Assembly (NCBI GenBank): GCA_007693595.1
Contig: REDI01000060.1
Coordinates: 61,206-125,205 of the forward strand
Source of the DNA: Deltaproteobacteria bacterium
GTDB taxonomy: Bacteria; Myxococcota_A; UBA796; GCA-2862545
DNA length: 64,000 nucleotides
Reading direction: 5' to 3'
Below, piece after piece: positions 46,119 to 54,645 of the stretch; the stretch's first letter is position 1, and each line of letters begins with the position of its first letter. The position numbers were made by a program, and so were the translations under genes. The notes beneath the pieces were generated by a model. The model was given only the letters and a program-made list of their open reading frames with translations, was not told the origin of the DNA and ran no database searches.

Positions 46119-46941
46119 GGTCCGCGTCGGCTCGGTCGTGATGGGGCCCGCGCGCCCCTTGGTCTTCATCGTGGGGATCAACGTGCTGGAGCCCGAGCCT
46201 GATCTCGGTCTTCAGGTCGCTCAAGCCGCGGCTGACCTCCGCGATGACCTGGGCATCCCCTGGATCTTCAAGGCTTCCTGGGACAAGGCGAACCGTACCT
46301 CGCACCGGAGCTATCGTGGGCCCGGGCTGCGTGAGGGCCTGCGCCAGCTCCTCGAGATCCGCCGTCGCTTCGACGTGCCTGTCTTGACGGATGTGCACGA
46401 GCCCTGGCAGGCGGAGCCTGTCGCCGAGGTCGTCGACATGCTGCAGGTCCCGGCCTTTCTGGTACGGCAGACGGACCTGCTCGCCGCCTGCTCCGCCACC
46501 GGGCGCCCGCTGCACCTCAAGCGCATGACGTCCCTCGACCCTTCGCAACTCGGCTTTGCCGTCGAGAAGTGCAGAGCGTTCGGGGCGAAGCAGGTCGTGC
46601 TCTGCGAGCGGGGCACCTCGTTCGGCCCGGGTCCTCTCGTGGTCGATCCCCTCGGGCTGGTCGCGCTCCAAGCCCATGGAGTCCCCGTAAGCCTCGACGT
46701 CACCCATGCGCTGCAGGCGCCCGGCGGCGCGCGGTCGCAGACCGAGGGACGCGGCCACCTCACCGAGCCCCTGGCGCGTGCGGGGGTGGCCCAGGGGCTC
46801 TCGGCGGTCTTCCTCGAGGTGCACCCGGAGCCGACCAGGGCACGCTGCGACGGACCGAGCGCCACCCGTCTCGAGGCGCTGCCGGTCCTCGTGCGTCGCT
46901 TGCAGGCCCTCGACGCGCTGGTCAAGGGCTGGGGCCCGTAG
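46111..46941 (+). CDS. kdsA: 3-deoxy-8-phosphooctulonate synthase (KDO8P synthase)
   Basis: It is collinear with KdsA (PLVFIVGINVLE...LGIPWIFKASWDKANRTS...). A TTG start at 46111 overlaps the kdsB stop. Confidence 0.85.
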   Translation: MREVRVGSVVMGPARPLVFIVGINVLEPEPDLGLQVAQAAADLRDDLGIPWIFKASWDKANRTSHRSYRGPGLREGLRQLLEIRRRFDVPVLTDVHEPWQAEPVAEVVDMLQVPAFLVRQTDLLAACSATGRPLHLKRMTSLDPSQLGFAVEKCRAFGAKQVVLCERGTSFGPGPLVVDPLGLVALQAHGVPVSLDVTHALQAPGGARSQTEGRGHLTEPLARAGVAQGLSAVFLEVHPEPTRARCDGPSATRLEALPVLVRRLQALDALVKGWGP

Positions 46942-46944
46942 CTC

Positions 46945-47529
46945 TCAGACCCGCCCGGCGCCCTCGACCTGGAAGCCGAAGGTGTCGACGTTGCCGGTCC
47001 AGTCGGCGAACATCTCGTCGCCGCCGCGGATCTTCCAGTCGGAGTCGATGGTCAGCACCGAGCTGATTCCGCCACGCGGGCGAAGCTTGAGCATCAGGCG
47101 CAGGCGGATCGGCTCGTAGACCTCCATGAGGTCGTCGAACATGACGTTGGCCAGTCGCTCATACGAGACCATCGACCCTCGGAAGGCATCTTTGTATTGC
47201 TTGAGGCTCTTGAGCTCGATGGTCCACTCGCGCGGATAGAAGGTCAGTAGGACCTCGCCGAAGTCGGGCTGGTTCGCGACCCCGAGGAAGGTCAGCTCGG
47301 GCATGTAGATCTTCTGCTCGTAGGCTTCGGTCGTGGGGTTGGCGATGCGCTGGAGCAGGGCCGCCTGGCTCCAGTGGCTATTGGGGAGGAGCTTCTGCTC
47401 TTCGAGCAGCTCGGCGCGTGAGGCTTCGCGCTCGCGCTTGAGGATCGAGAAGGCCTTGCGGCGATCGCGGGGGTCGAGCGCTCGAAGGGACTCGAGGGCC
47501 TTGTCGAATTCGGGGGTCTTTCCTGTCAT
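46945..47529 (-). CDS. QueF-like T-fold protein (preQ0 reductase homolog) lacking the catalytic cysteine
   Basis: The QueF signature IELKSLKQY (E-x-K-S-L-K) and the QPDF and RPRGGIS blocks are present. The position of the nucleophilic Cys (SLCPxTGQPDF in type I QueF) reads FLGVANQPDF. The whole protein contains no Cys. Confidence 0.65.
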   Translation of the reverse strand: MTGKTPEFDKALESLRALDPRDRRKAFSILKREREASRAELLEEQKLLPNSHWSQAALLQRIANPTTEAYEQKIYMPELTFLGVANQPDFGEVLLTFYPREWTIELKSLKQYKDAFRGSMVSYERLANVMFDDLMEVYEPIRLRLMLKLRPRGGISSVLTIDSDWKIRGGDEMFADWTGNVDTFGFQVEGAGRV

Positions 47530-47659
47530 GGGGCGCTCCGTTCTGTGCGAGGTGGGCGGTTAACGTCGCGGCGAAGACGGCGCACCACCGACAGACCGTC
47601 CATGAGGCAACACGACGACTCTCGGCCGCACTTGGAGCACGAGCGCCTGCAAGAATCCC

Positions 47660-49690
47660 CTACCGCCGCGGCTCCATCACCACCCGAAGGTGCTCGACGC
47701 CACGGACGGTGGCTCGGGCGCTGGAGGGGCGAAAGCCCTCGGCTCGGGTGGTGACCAGGAGGTCGCCATCGTGGGGAAGCAGGCGATGGAAGCGACCGTC
47801 AACCGTGCGGGATGCCCAAGACTCCGAGCCGACCCAGCGCTCCTGGTTGGTGCTGACTATGGCGGAGATCGGGTTGCCTTCGGGGTCGATCACCACCCCT
47901 GAGAGGCGTGGCCCCTCCGCGACCCTGCGGAGGAGGGCGGGAACGAGGGGCCGGAGCTCTTGGATCGCGCGGATCCGGGCTTGGCGGTCGGTCGGGTTGT
48001 GCTCGGGGCCTTGGACGCTCAGGGCGACGGTGCCAAAGGAGAAGCGAAGGTAGTCTTGGGCTGCGCCGTCGACCTGGTGCATGAGCTTGCGCACCCTCAA
48101 GCCCTGGCCGTAGGGCTGATCGGGCAAACTGACGAGGAGCTCTTCGGCGATCATGCGGGCGACGTTGGGCTCGGGGTTTGGGACGCCCTCGAGCGTATAC
48201 GGGGGGACGATCACCTTCCCGCTGGCGTTGAAGATGAGGGCCGCGGCGAAGTGTCGCTGCTGGGCCAGCTGCATGATCGCCTGGGTCTCGGGCTCGGAGG
48301 AGGGGCCTGGACCTCGGTAGGTCGGGCTTCCAGGGAAGCTGCGGCTCGATTGCTCCGAGCGGCCCCAGCCGAGTGGAAAGTTGCGGTTGAGATCGACGCC
48401 TTCGAAGGGGTTTGGCTCGACGTCGTCGGGTGGAGGACGGCCGTTTTTACGGCCCGCGTGCTCGCTGATCTTGATCAAGGCATCGTGGCCGTCGGGGTTG
48501 GCCAAGGGAACCACCCAGAGGTCGACGTGCGAGAGGAGGCCCTGCGTGGATGGATCCCCGGTCAGGAGCTCGGCGATCGCATCGAGGGCGTACTCGGTGG
48601 TGAGCAAGTCTCCGCCGTGTAAGGCGGCGAGGAGGAGCACGGCGGGGCGGGTGTCGGGCTGCTCATGGGCGCTCATGCGCAGGGCGACGATCGGCCGTTC
48701 CTGGTGGGTCTTGCCGATGGCGAAGGCCTGGGCTCGGTCCGGGTGGCGCCGGGCCCACTCCCGCAGGACGCGCTCGACCTGGCGGGCGTTGCGGTAAGGA
48801 GCGGCGGGGTCGGGCCGGCCGTCAGCCCAGGGATCCGCCTTAGAGCTGGCTCGCAGGTCGGCGTCGCGCGCCCAGAAGGGCACGTAGGGCCGCAGCTCGT
48901 GCGGCACGCCCGAGGACTGGAGGGTGCGCAGCTCTTCGGGGGTCAGCAGCAGGGCGCGGCGCCGGGTCTCGTCGTAGGGCCAGGTGCCGAGGATCTTGGT
49001 GCGCAGCCCCGAAGGGAGGCGGGCGACGTCGGCGTTGCTCACCAGCACGAAGCGGTCGAGGCCGAGGGGGCTGTCGGGGTTGCCCTTGGGTCGAGGGGCG
49101 TCGGGGTCGAGGGGGAGGCCTGCCACGCTGAGGCGCCGGATGGTGGTAAAGGCGTCTTGGTGCAGGCGCAGGCCGACCTGGCCCCAGGCCCAGCGCTCGT
49201 CGAGGACCTCGGCGCGGGCCAGCTCGCCGTTCCCGGCGGCGTCGCGCACGATGCCGATGAAGCGCGAGCCCTCGGTCTGGACCTCGAGGGTGAGCTCCTT
49301 GCCGGCGAGAGGGGTGGAGGCGGTCATAGGAGCGGCCACGGGTGCGCCCACGCCGCGATCCCAGCGCTCCCACTGGATCGAATCGGCCCGGAGGGTAAGG
49401 CCCATGCCGGAGAGCCGCTCCGGCGTATCGGCGGGTGCGGTGGCTCGCACCAGCACGGTCAGGTGAGGGCGGCGCCCCAGGCGGACGTGGGCGTGGACCA
49501 CGCCGTTGACGAGCTCGGGGCCCTCGGGCAGGACCACGTTCATCTCGCCGGGTGCCGGCTCCGAGAGGTGCAGGCCGGCCGGCAGGGCTCGCCAGGTGCC
49601 GCGCATGGTCGAGCCCTTGGGCACGGAGCCGTCGATGAGCAAGGCCTCGCCCCCCAGAGCGACGCACAGCAAGAAGAGCAGGTAGATCAT
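47660..49690 (-). CDS. M14 family zinc carboxypeptidase with a large N-terminal non-catalytic region, secreted
   Basis: A signal peptide MIYLLFLLCVALGG is present. The M14 motifs are LAALHGGDLLTTEYALDAI (HxxE) and VDLNRNF, with a C-terminal beta-rich region. Confidence 0.8.
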   Translation of the reverse strand: MIYLLFLLCVALGGEALLIDGSVPKGSTMRGTWRALPAGLHLSEPAPGEMNVVLPEGPELVNGVVHAHVRLGRRPHLTVLVRATAPADTPERLSGMGLTLRADSIQWERWDRGVGAPVAAPMTASTPLAGKELTLEVQTEGSRFIGIVRDAAGNGELARAEVLDERWAWGQVGLRLHQDAFTTIRRLSVAGLPLDPDAPRPKGNPDSPLGLDRFVLVSNADVARLPSGLRTKILGTWPYDETRRRALLLTPEELRTLQSSGVPHELRPYVPFWARDADLRASSKADPWADGRPDPAAPYRNARQVERVLREWARRHPDRAQAFAIGKTHQERPIVALRMSAHEQPDTRPAVLLLAALHGGDLLTTEYALDAIAELLTGDPSTQGLLSHVDLWVVPLANPDGHDALIKISEHAGRKNGRPPPDDVEPNPFEGVDLNRNFPLGWGRSEQSSRSFPGSPTYRGPGPSSEPETQAIMQLAQQRHFAAALIFNASGKVIVPPYTLEGVPNPEPNVARMIAEELLVSLPDQPYGQGLRVRKLMHQVDGAAQDYLRFSFGTVALSVQGPEHNPTDRQARIRAIQELRPLVPALLRRVAEGPRLSGVVIDPEGNPISAIVSTNQERWVGSESWASRTVDGRFHRLLPHDGDLLVTTRAEGFRPSSARATVRGVEHLRVVMEPRR

Positions 49691-49731
49691 GAGGGGGTTC
49701 TATCGACCTGTCGCGTGCGGCGCGACCTGGA

Positions 49732-50154
49732 TCATCGCTTGCGTAGCAGGGTGTCGATCCCAAAGCGGCCAGCACCCAAAAAGAGGATCAGCAGGAAACC
49801 GAGTCCCGTCTCGGCCGAGTGGGACCAGGATCGGAAGGGATCGCCCCCCGAGACGTGAGACCACCAGGCTACGAACATCGTGAAGGCGACGAGGGCAGCG
49901 GCGGGTCGAGTGAACAAGCCCAGCGCGACGAGCGCGCCGCCGAGGACCTCGCTCACGGCGGCAGCTCCGCCCCAGAATGATGGAAAGAAGGGGACGCCAA
50001 GGTGGCTCATGGCCCCGCCCAGGCCCTCCCAGCGCTCGGGCGCCAGGAGCTTGGGCCAGCCGTGTCCGATCATCATCAGGCCCAGGCCGACCCGGACGAT
50101 CAGCAGGCCGATGTCACGCCACTTCTCGAAGATGGGCCAGGTAAGATATTTCAT
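49732..50154 (-). CDS. DoxX family membrane protein
   Basis: 140 aa with four hydrophobic helices and a DoxX-like pattern (LLIVRVGLGLMMIGHGWPKL...). Confidence 0.7.
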   Translation of the reverse strand: MKYLTWPIFEKWRDIGLLIVRVGLGLMMIGHGWPKLLAPERWEGLGGAMSHLGVPFFPSFWGGAAAVSEVLGGALVALGLFTRPAAALVAFTMFVAWWSHVSGGDPFRSWSHSAETGLGFLLILFLGAGRFGIDTLLRKR

Positions 50155-50389
50155 GGGCGCTTGCTCAGGGGGTTCGTTCGATGGGGGGGGGCTGCTGCTC
50201 GGGGGGAGGGAACCATCGGGCGCTCAGGGTCACAAAGACCGAGAAGCCGGCCAACAGCGTGCAGACCGCGAGGAAGATCACGACGAAGAGGCGGCCGTTG
50301 GTCGCTGGAGGCTGTTCGTGCGTGGACATGCCCCCCGGTTATCTCCGACCGCGAGCCTCAACCACCTCGCCGACTGTCAGGGGGCCTCG

Positions 50390-50860
50390 TTGCGTCACTT
50401 CTTGCCGATCTTGCTCTGTGCCTGTACCCTCTTCGAACCGCCGGCAGACGACGCTGGTCTAGGGCGCGCCGAGCCCGTCGCTCACCTGGTCGGGTGCTGG
50501 GCCTCGGTCGGGCCCGAGGGAGATCGGTGGGCGGTGGCCTACGCCTCGCCAGCGCCGGGCATCTTGCTCGGAACGACTCGGCACCTACGCCCCGACGGAA
50601 CCGTCAGCGAAGAGCGGGAGCGCTTCGAGGTCGACCAAGACGGGGTGTTCGGCGTCGTCTCGGAGCTCGACGGCGTGCGTCGGGACCGCTTCGTGCTCGA
50701 CGAGCAGCGCTCCACCACGCAGCAGGCCGTCTTCACCCGAGCTGGGGAGGCCTGGCCGGCCTGGCTGCGCTACGGGCGCGAAGATCAGGCCCTTCACCTG
50801 GAGCTCGGTGGACAAGGGCGGATCGTGCGCATGGAGCTCGGAGAGGTCGACTGCGAGTGA
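50390..50860 (+). CDS. hypothetical small lipoprotein (candidate)
   Basis: An in-frame TTG lies 6 nt after AGGGGG and gives MRHFLPILLCAC..., a short signal with Cys. The rest has ordinary composition. The overlapping alternative frame is Arg-rich and was rejected. Confidence 0.35.
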   Translation: MRHFLPILLCACTLFEPPADDAGLGRAEPVAHLVGCWASVGPEGDRWAVAYASPAPGILLGTTRHLRPDGTVSEERERFEVDQDGVFGVVSELDGVRRDRFVLDEQRSTTQQAVFTRAGEAWPAWLRYGREDQALHLELGGQGRIVRMELGEVDCE

Positions 50861-50903
50861 GGCGCCGCGGGGCTTGACGGGGGCTCGGAAGCGACGGGGA
50901 CGC

Positions 50904-52826
50904 TCATCGGGGCCGCGCTTCGGCCCACTCGTGCTCGTACATGACCTGGATCTCGAAGGTTGGGGCTTCGCCCTCTAGCAAGAGGTTTCGGGCCAGCAGG
51001 TAGCCTGCGTGGTGGCCGGTGGTGTCGAGCCAGTTGGGGTGGCCCGGATCGCGGTGGGCCAGGCAGATCTCGAAGCTTCCGTCCGGGTCGCACTGGATCT
51101 GGCGGTGGTTGAGTGAGACCCGGTGGTTCAGATAATCGAGGGACTCCATCCAGGCATTGTAGAGCGCGAGGCTAAAGTACCGGCTCTCGGGCAGGGTCGA
51201 CCGCACCAGCATGATCTGGTCGCGGCCGAAGCGGTACCAGCAGACCTGGTAGGTGTTGTCGGGGGTCGGGAAGAGCGCTTCGCCGGGGATCTGGATGAAG
51301 CGATTGAGCGCCATGCCGGTCGCCATCTGGAGCGCTTGAGCGGTGCGGGCGAAGACGGCCTTCAGCATGCGGTCGGCGCGCTCGATCCCCTTCTGGTAGC
51401 CCTCGATGGTGAGCGGGCCCGCAGGCGGCGCGCCGATCCGCTCGATCGAGAGGGTGATCGGAGTCTGCGCGTCGCGATCCGTGAAGTATTGTCGGACGAA
51501 GATCGCGGTCTCGTCGCCGTCGGCTCGCAGCCAGACCCCGTCGTCGAGGCTGGGATCCTGGGTGGCGATGTAGAGGGTGAAGGAGCCATCCGCGGCGGGT
51601 CTGAGCTGATCATCGACCAGGCGGTTGCCGATCCGACCTCCGCGACCGTAGAGCAGGACCCCGACGTAGGTGGCGTCGGCGGGGAGCGTGCCGGAGACCT
51701 TGTAGAGCTGGCCCTCCGCGGTGCGGATCGTGGCGCGGTGGTAGTCAGTGTCGGGGTTGTCGGCGAACATCTTGCGGGTCGGGCCCTCGCCGTGGTGAAA
51801 GACCGGGTGATCGGGATCGGCGTGCTCGGTGAAGGTGTCGAGGCTGGCCGAGACCATGCGAACCAGGAACCGCCGGCCCTCGAGGGCGTCGATGTCTTGG
51901 GGAAGGTCCATCTCGCGGAGAAGCCCCGTGGCGGTGGCGAAGAGCTGCTGGAGCTGGGCATCGATGGCCGTGACCCCGGGCAGAGGCAAGGACTCGAGGT
52001 CATAGCCGTAGCGGCTCGCCAGCGCCTTGGTGCCTTCGCTCACGGTGCGGTGATCGAAGCCGTCGAGCCACTTGGTGGCGAGGCTGGGGTCGAGCTTGCC
52101 CCGCCCGGCGAGGTTGGGATCGCCGATCGCCCGAGCCCCCTTGGGCCCGGTTCGCATGCGCTCGCCTTCGTAGGGGGTGGCCATGGCAGGGTGGTACTCG
52201 ATGCCGAGGGCCGAGGCCGCTCTTCGTAGCTCAGGCTCGGGATCGGTGACCAGATCTTCGTAGCGTACCCGCGCCCAGCGATCCTCGGGCACATGGTCTC
52301 GCAAGAAGGCCTCGATGCGGGTGTTGCTGACCTCCCAGACCTGCGTGGGCCCGCCGGGGTAGCCCTGCAGCATGACTTCAGCCATAGGCATGTTCTGCAG
52401 GCTGCGGATCACGCTGGCGGGGTTGCGCACGATCCACACGAAGCGGGCGTGGGGGAACCAGCCGATGAGGCGCTCCAAGCTTCCGTCCGGCATGCCGAGG
52501 TGCGGACACTTGTCGACGAGCATCCGCTCGCCGATCTCGTTCTGGAGCTGCTCGTAGACCTCGCGGACGGTCTGTTCGCGCAGGGTGTGGACCGCCTCGC
52601 GAGCCGCTTGCACGCTGATCCCGCGCAGCTCCATCAGGGCACGGCGAAGGCCCCCCTTCTCCCAGAAGCGTCGACTCAGGCCCTCCTCGCGCTCAGCCAT
52701 CGTCTCGTAGGGGCCCAAGACCATTTCTGGTGGCACAAAGAGGCCGGGATGTCCCTCCAGCATCACTCGAAGCAGGGTGGTGCCGCTGCGGGGTGTGCCG
52801 AGGACGAACGCGATCGGTCGAGACAT
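50904..52826 (-). CDS. sulfotransferase-domain protein fused to a ~380-aa C-terminal domain of unknown function
   Basis: The N-terminus FVLGTPRSGTTLL is a PAPS 5'-phosphosulfate-binding P-loop. WIVRNPASVIRS is a 3'-phosphate-binding RxP region. The C-terminal domain (FPTPDNTYQVCWYRF...ESRYFSLALYNAWMESLDY) has no function I can assign, though it is possibly DUF1214/1254-like. Confidence 0.7.
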   Translation of the reverse strand: MSRPIAFVLGTPRSGTTLLRVMLEGHPGLFVPPEMVLGPYETMAEREEGLSRRFWEKGGLRRALMELRGISVQAAREAVHTLREQTVREVYEQLQNEIGERMLVDKCPHLGMPDGSLERLIGWFPHARFVWIVRNPASVIRSLQNMPMAEVMLQGYPGGPTQVWEVSNTRIEAFLRDHVPEDRWARVRYEDLVTDPEPELRRAASALGIEYHPAMATPYEGERMRTGPKGARAIGDPNLAGRGKLDPSLATKWLDGFDHRTVSEGTKALASRYGYDLESLPLPGVTAIDAQLQQLFATATGLLREMDLPQDIDALEGRRFLVRMVSASLDTFTEHADPDHPVFHHGEGPTRKMFADNPDTDYHRATIRTAEGQLYKVSGTLPADATYVGVLLYGRGGRIGNRLVDDQLRPAADGSFTLYIATQDPSLDDGVWLRADGDETAIFVRQYFTDRDAQTPITLSIERIGAPPAGPLTIEGYQKGIERADRMLKAVFARTAQALQMATGMALNRFIQIPGEALFPTPDNTYQVCWYRFGRDQIMLVRSTLPESRYFSLALYNAWMESLDYLNHRVSLNHRQIQCDPDGSFEICLAHRDPGHPNWLDTTGHHAGYLLARNLLLEGEAPTFEIQVMYEHEWAEARPR

Positions 52827-52913
52827 GAGGACTCCGGATGGGCGGGGGGCTGGGAAGTATAGCGCGCCGATCTCCCTTAGGCGTCCGCCGTGCCCCAGGC
52901 GGTGCGATCCCTC

Positions 52914-53828
52914 TCACCCCCAGGCGGACGCGCACCACGTCTGAAGGTAGGCCGGCTGCCGACCCTCGAACATGCGGTCGAAGGCGGTGAGGGCATCCTC
53001 CGCCGAGATCGTACCCGCTCGGACCCACGGCCAGCGCAGATGATCGCGTCGGGAGATGACGCCTCCGAGGCCGGCGGACCGCTGCACCTGCACGACCGCG
53101 TGCTCGTGGCCGAGGGCTCCGAGGACGGCGAGCCGGTGCTGCCCCCCATCTTGGACGAGCACCCGCCAGGCCTCGCCGCGGCAGAGAAGCTGGACTCGGA
53201 TGTTGTGCTGGCCTTGCGGGTCGATCCGAAAGCCCTCGGTCTGGATCGCGCGGTATAGAGCCACGAGCCGCTCGAGCTCGAAGCTGCCTTTGGCCGGAGT
53301 GAGGGGTCCGATCAAGGGATCGCCGTCGACCAGGCGGAAGGGCTGGCCGTGCTCTGCGTTGTCGGCCGCGACCTGGGCGGCGCGTGCCGCGGCGAGGATT
53401 GTGGGGGGTTCGGCCTGCCAAGGCCACAGGGTCGGGATGGGGGGGAGGGACTCGAGAGAGGGGTTGGAGCCGGGCTGAAGTTCGTAGAGCGTCGCGAGCG
53501 AGGCGGGGTGGAGGCTGTAGTAGTGCGCCATGGGCGAGGCGACGTAGCGGGGATCGTCGATGGCGGCGGCCCAACGGAGGGTGCGCACGAAGGGCGAGGC
53601 GCCCTCGGCGGTGGGTAGGAAGCTGTTGAGCCCGAAGGTGAGGCACCGATCGAGGCGCACCCGGAGCAGGACGTCGCGGGGGCCAGCCTGGTAGAGGGCG
53701 TCGAGGGGGTGCAGATCGGGCTCGCTCGTTCGATCGAGCGGAGGCTGGGCGCGCCGGATCTCGATCCCGGCGCGGCGCGAGAGACGCGCCAAGCGCTCGC
53801 GCAGTCGCGGCCGACCTGGGGGGCTCAT
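52914..53828 (-). CDS. hypothetical protein (304 aa)
   Basis: The chosen start is an internal ATG whose ATGA overlaps the stop of the upstream methyltransferase gene. The 81-codon Arg/Pro-rich upstream extension was rejected. Confidence 0.5.
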   Translation of the reverse strand: MSPPGRPRLRERLARLSRRAGIEIRRAQPPLDRTSEPDLHPLDALYQAGPRDVLLRVRLDRCLTFGLNSFLPTAEGASPFVRTLRWAAAIDDPRYVASPMAHYYSLHPASLATLYELQPGSNPSLESLPPIPTLWPWQAEPPTILAAARAAQVAADNAEHGQPFRLVDGDPLIGPLTPAKGSFELERLVALYRAIQTEGFRIDPQGQHNIRVQLLCRGEAWRVLVQDGGQHRLAVLGALGHEHAVVQVQRSAGLGGVISRRDHLRWPWVRAGTISAEDALTAFDRMFEGRQPAYLQTWCASAWG

Positions 53829-54571
53829 TCCTCGCCGATCCGCTGTCCGACGTAGATTGGGCGGAAGTCGCGCCGGTCGAAGCGGGTGAGCTTGAGCAGC
53901 CGGCCTCCGAGGGCTCCCTTGGGCGTGCGTTTCCAGAGGGAGGGGCGCAGGCGGTACGGAAAGCGGCCATAGGCCGAGCCTTCGACGCGCCGGACCTCGA
54001 AGGACTCGCCGAAGACGTGCTCGCGGACCCACGTGTCGAGATCGGGGCTTAGCTGAGCTATCTTCGGGCACCAGTCGTAACCCTCGTCAGGCTGGCCCAT
54101 CTCGAAGACCAAGGTCGTGGCGATCCCCCGGATCCGCTCGAGGACCTGCATGGCCGAGGGGGTGTCGCCCACCCCTGCCCAGGCGTAGGTGCCCGAGTCG
54201 ATCACCATGTGGTGAAAGACAGAGAGGAAGAAGACCAGGTCGAAGCGCGGCAGATCCTCGAAGAGCGCGGGGGTGATCTCTTGGTGTAAGAAGGTGATGT
54301 TGTCGATGCCGAGCCGCTTGGCCGCCTCGCGGTTTTTCTCGATGAGGGGGCCGTCAGCGTCGATCGCGACCACTTCGCGCGCGGTCCTGGCTGCCGAGAA
54401 AGCAAAGAAGCCACCCGAGCAGCCCAAGTCGAGGACCGACTTGCCCTCGAGGTCGACCTGGGACGCGATGATCGAGAACCGGCCGGGATAGTCACGCTCG
54501 CCGCCACGAAACCTGGCTTCTTCATCGACGTGGGGGTGGTACGCCTCACGGGAGGTCTTGGAGATGGGCAT
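53825..54571 (-). CDS. class I SAM-dependent methyltransferase
   Basis: Motif I VLDLGCSGGFFAF and motif II VVAIDAD are present. A start ATG (MPISK...) lies 6 nt after AGAGG. The long Arg-rich upstream extension of the ORF track was rejected. Confidence 0.75.
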   Translation of the reverse strand: MPISKTSREAYHPHVDEEARFRGGERDYPGRFSIIASQVDLEGKSVLDLGCSGGFFAFSAARTAREVVAIDADGPLIEKNREAAKRLGIDNITFLHQEITPALFEDLPRFDLVFFLSVFHHMVIDSGTYAWAGVGDTPSAMQVLERIRGIATTLVFEMGQPDEGYDWCPKIAQLSPDLDTWVREHVFGESFEVRRVEGSAYGRFPYRLRPSLWKRTPKGALGGRLLKLTRFDRRDFRPIYVGQRIGEE

Positions 54572-54645
54572 CGGGAACCTCTGTGGGCGGTGGGGGCTCT
54601 GCCTATGCACCTCTTTGTTGGGGAGCAAGCTTCGCGCGTCTTCGG

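Noticed and set aside
48665-49858. 397-aa plus-strand ORF
   Set aside because: It runs antisense to the M14 carboxypeptidase gene.
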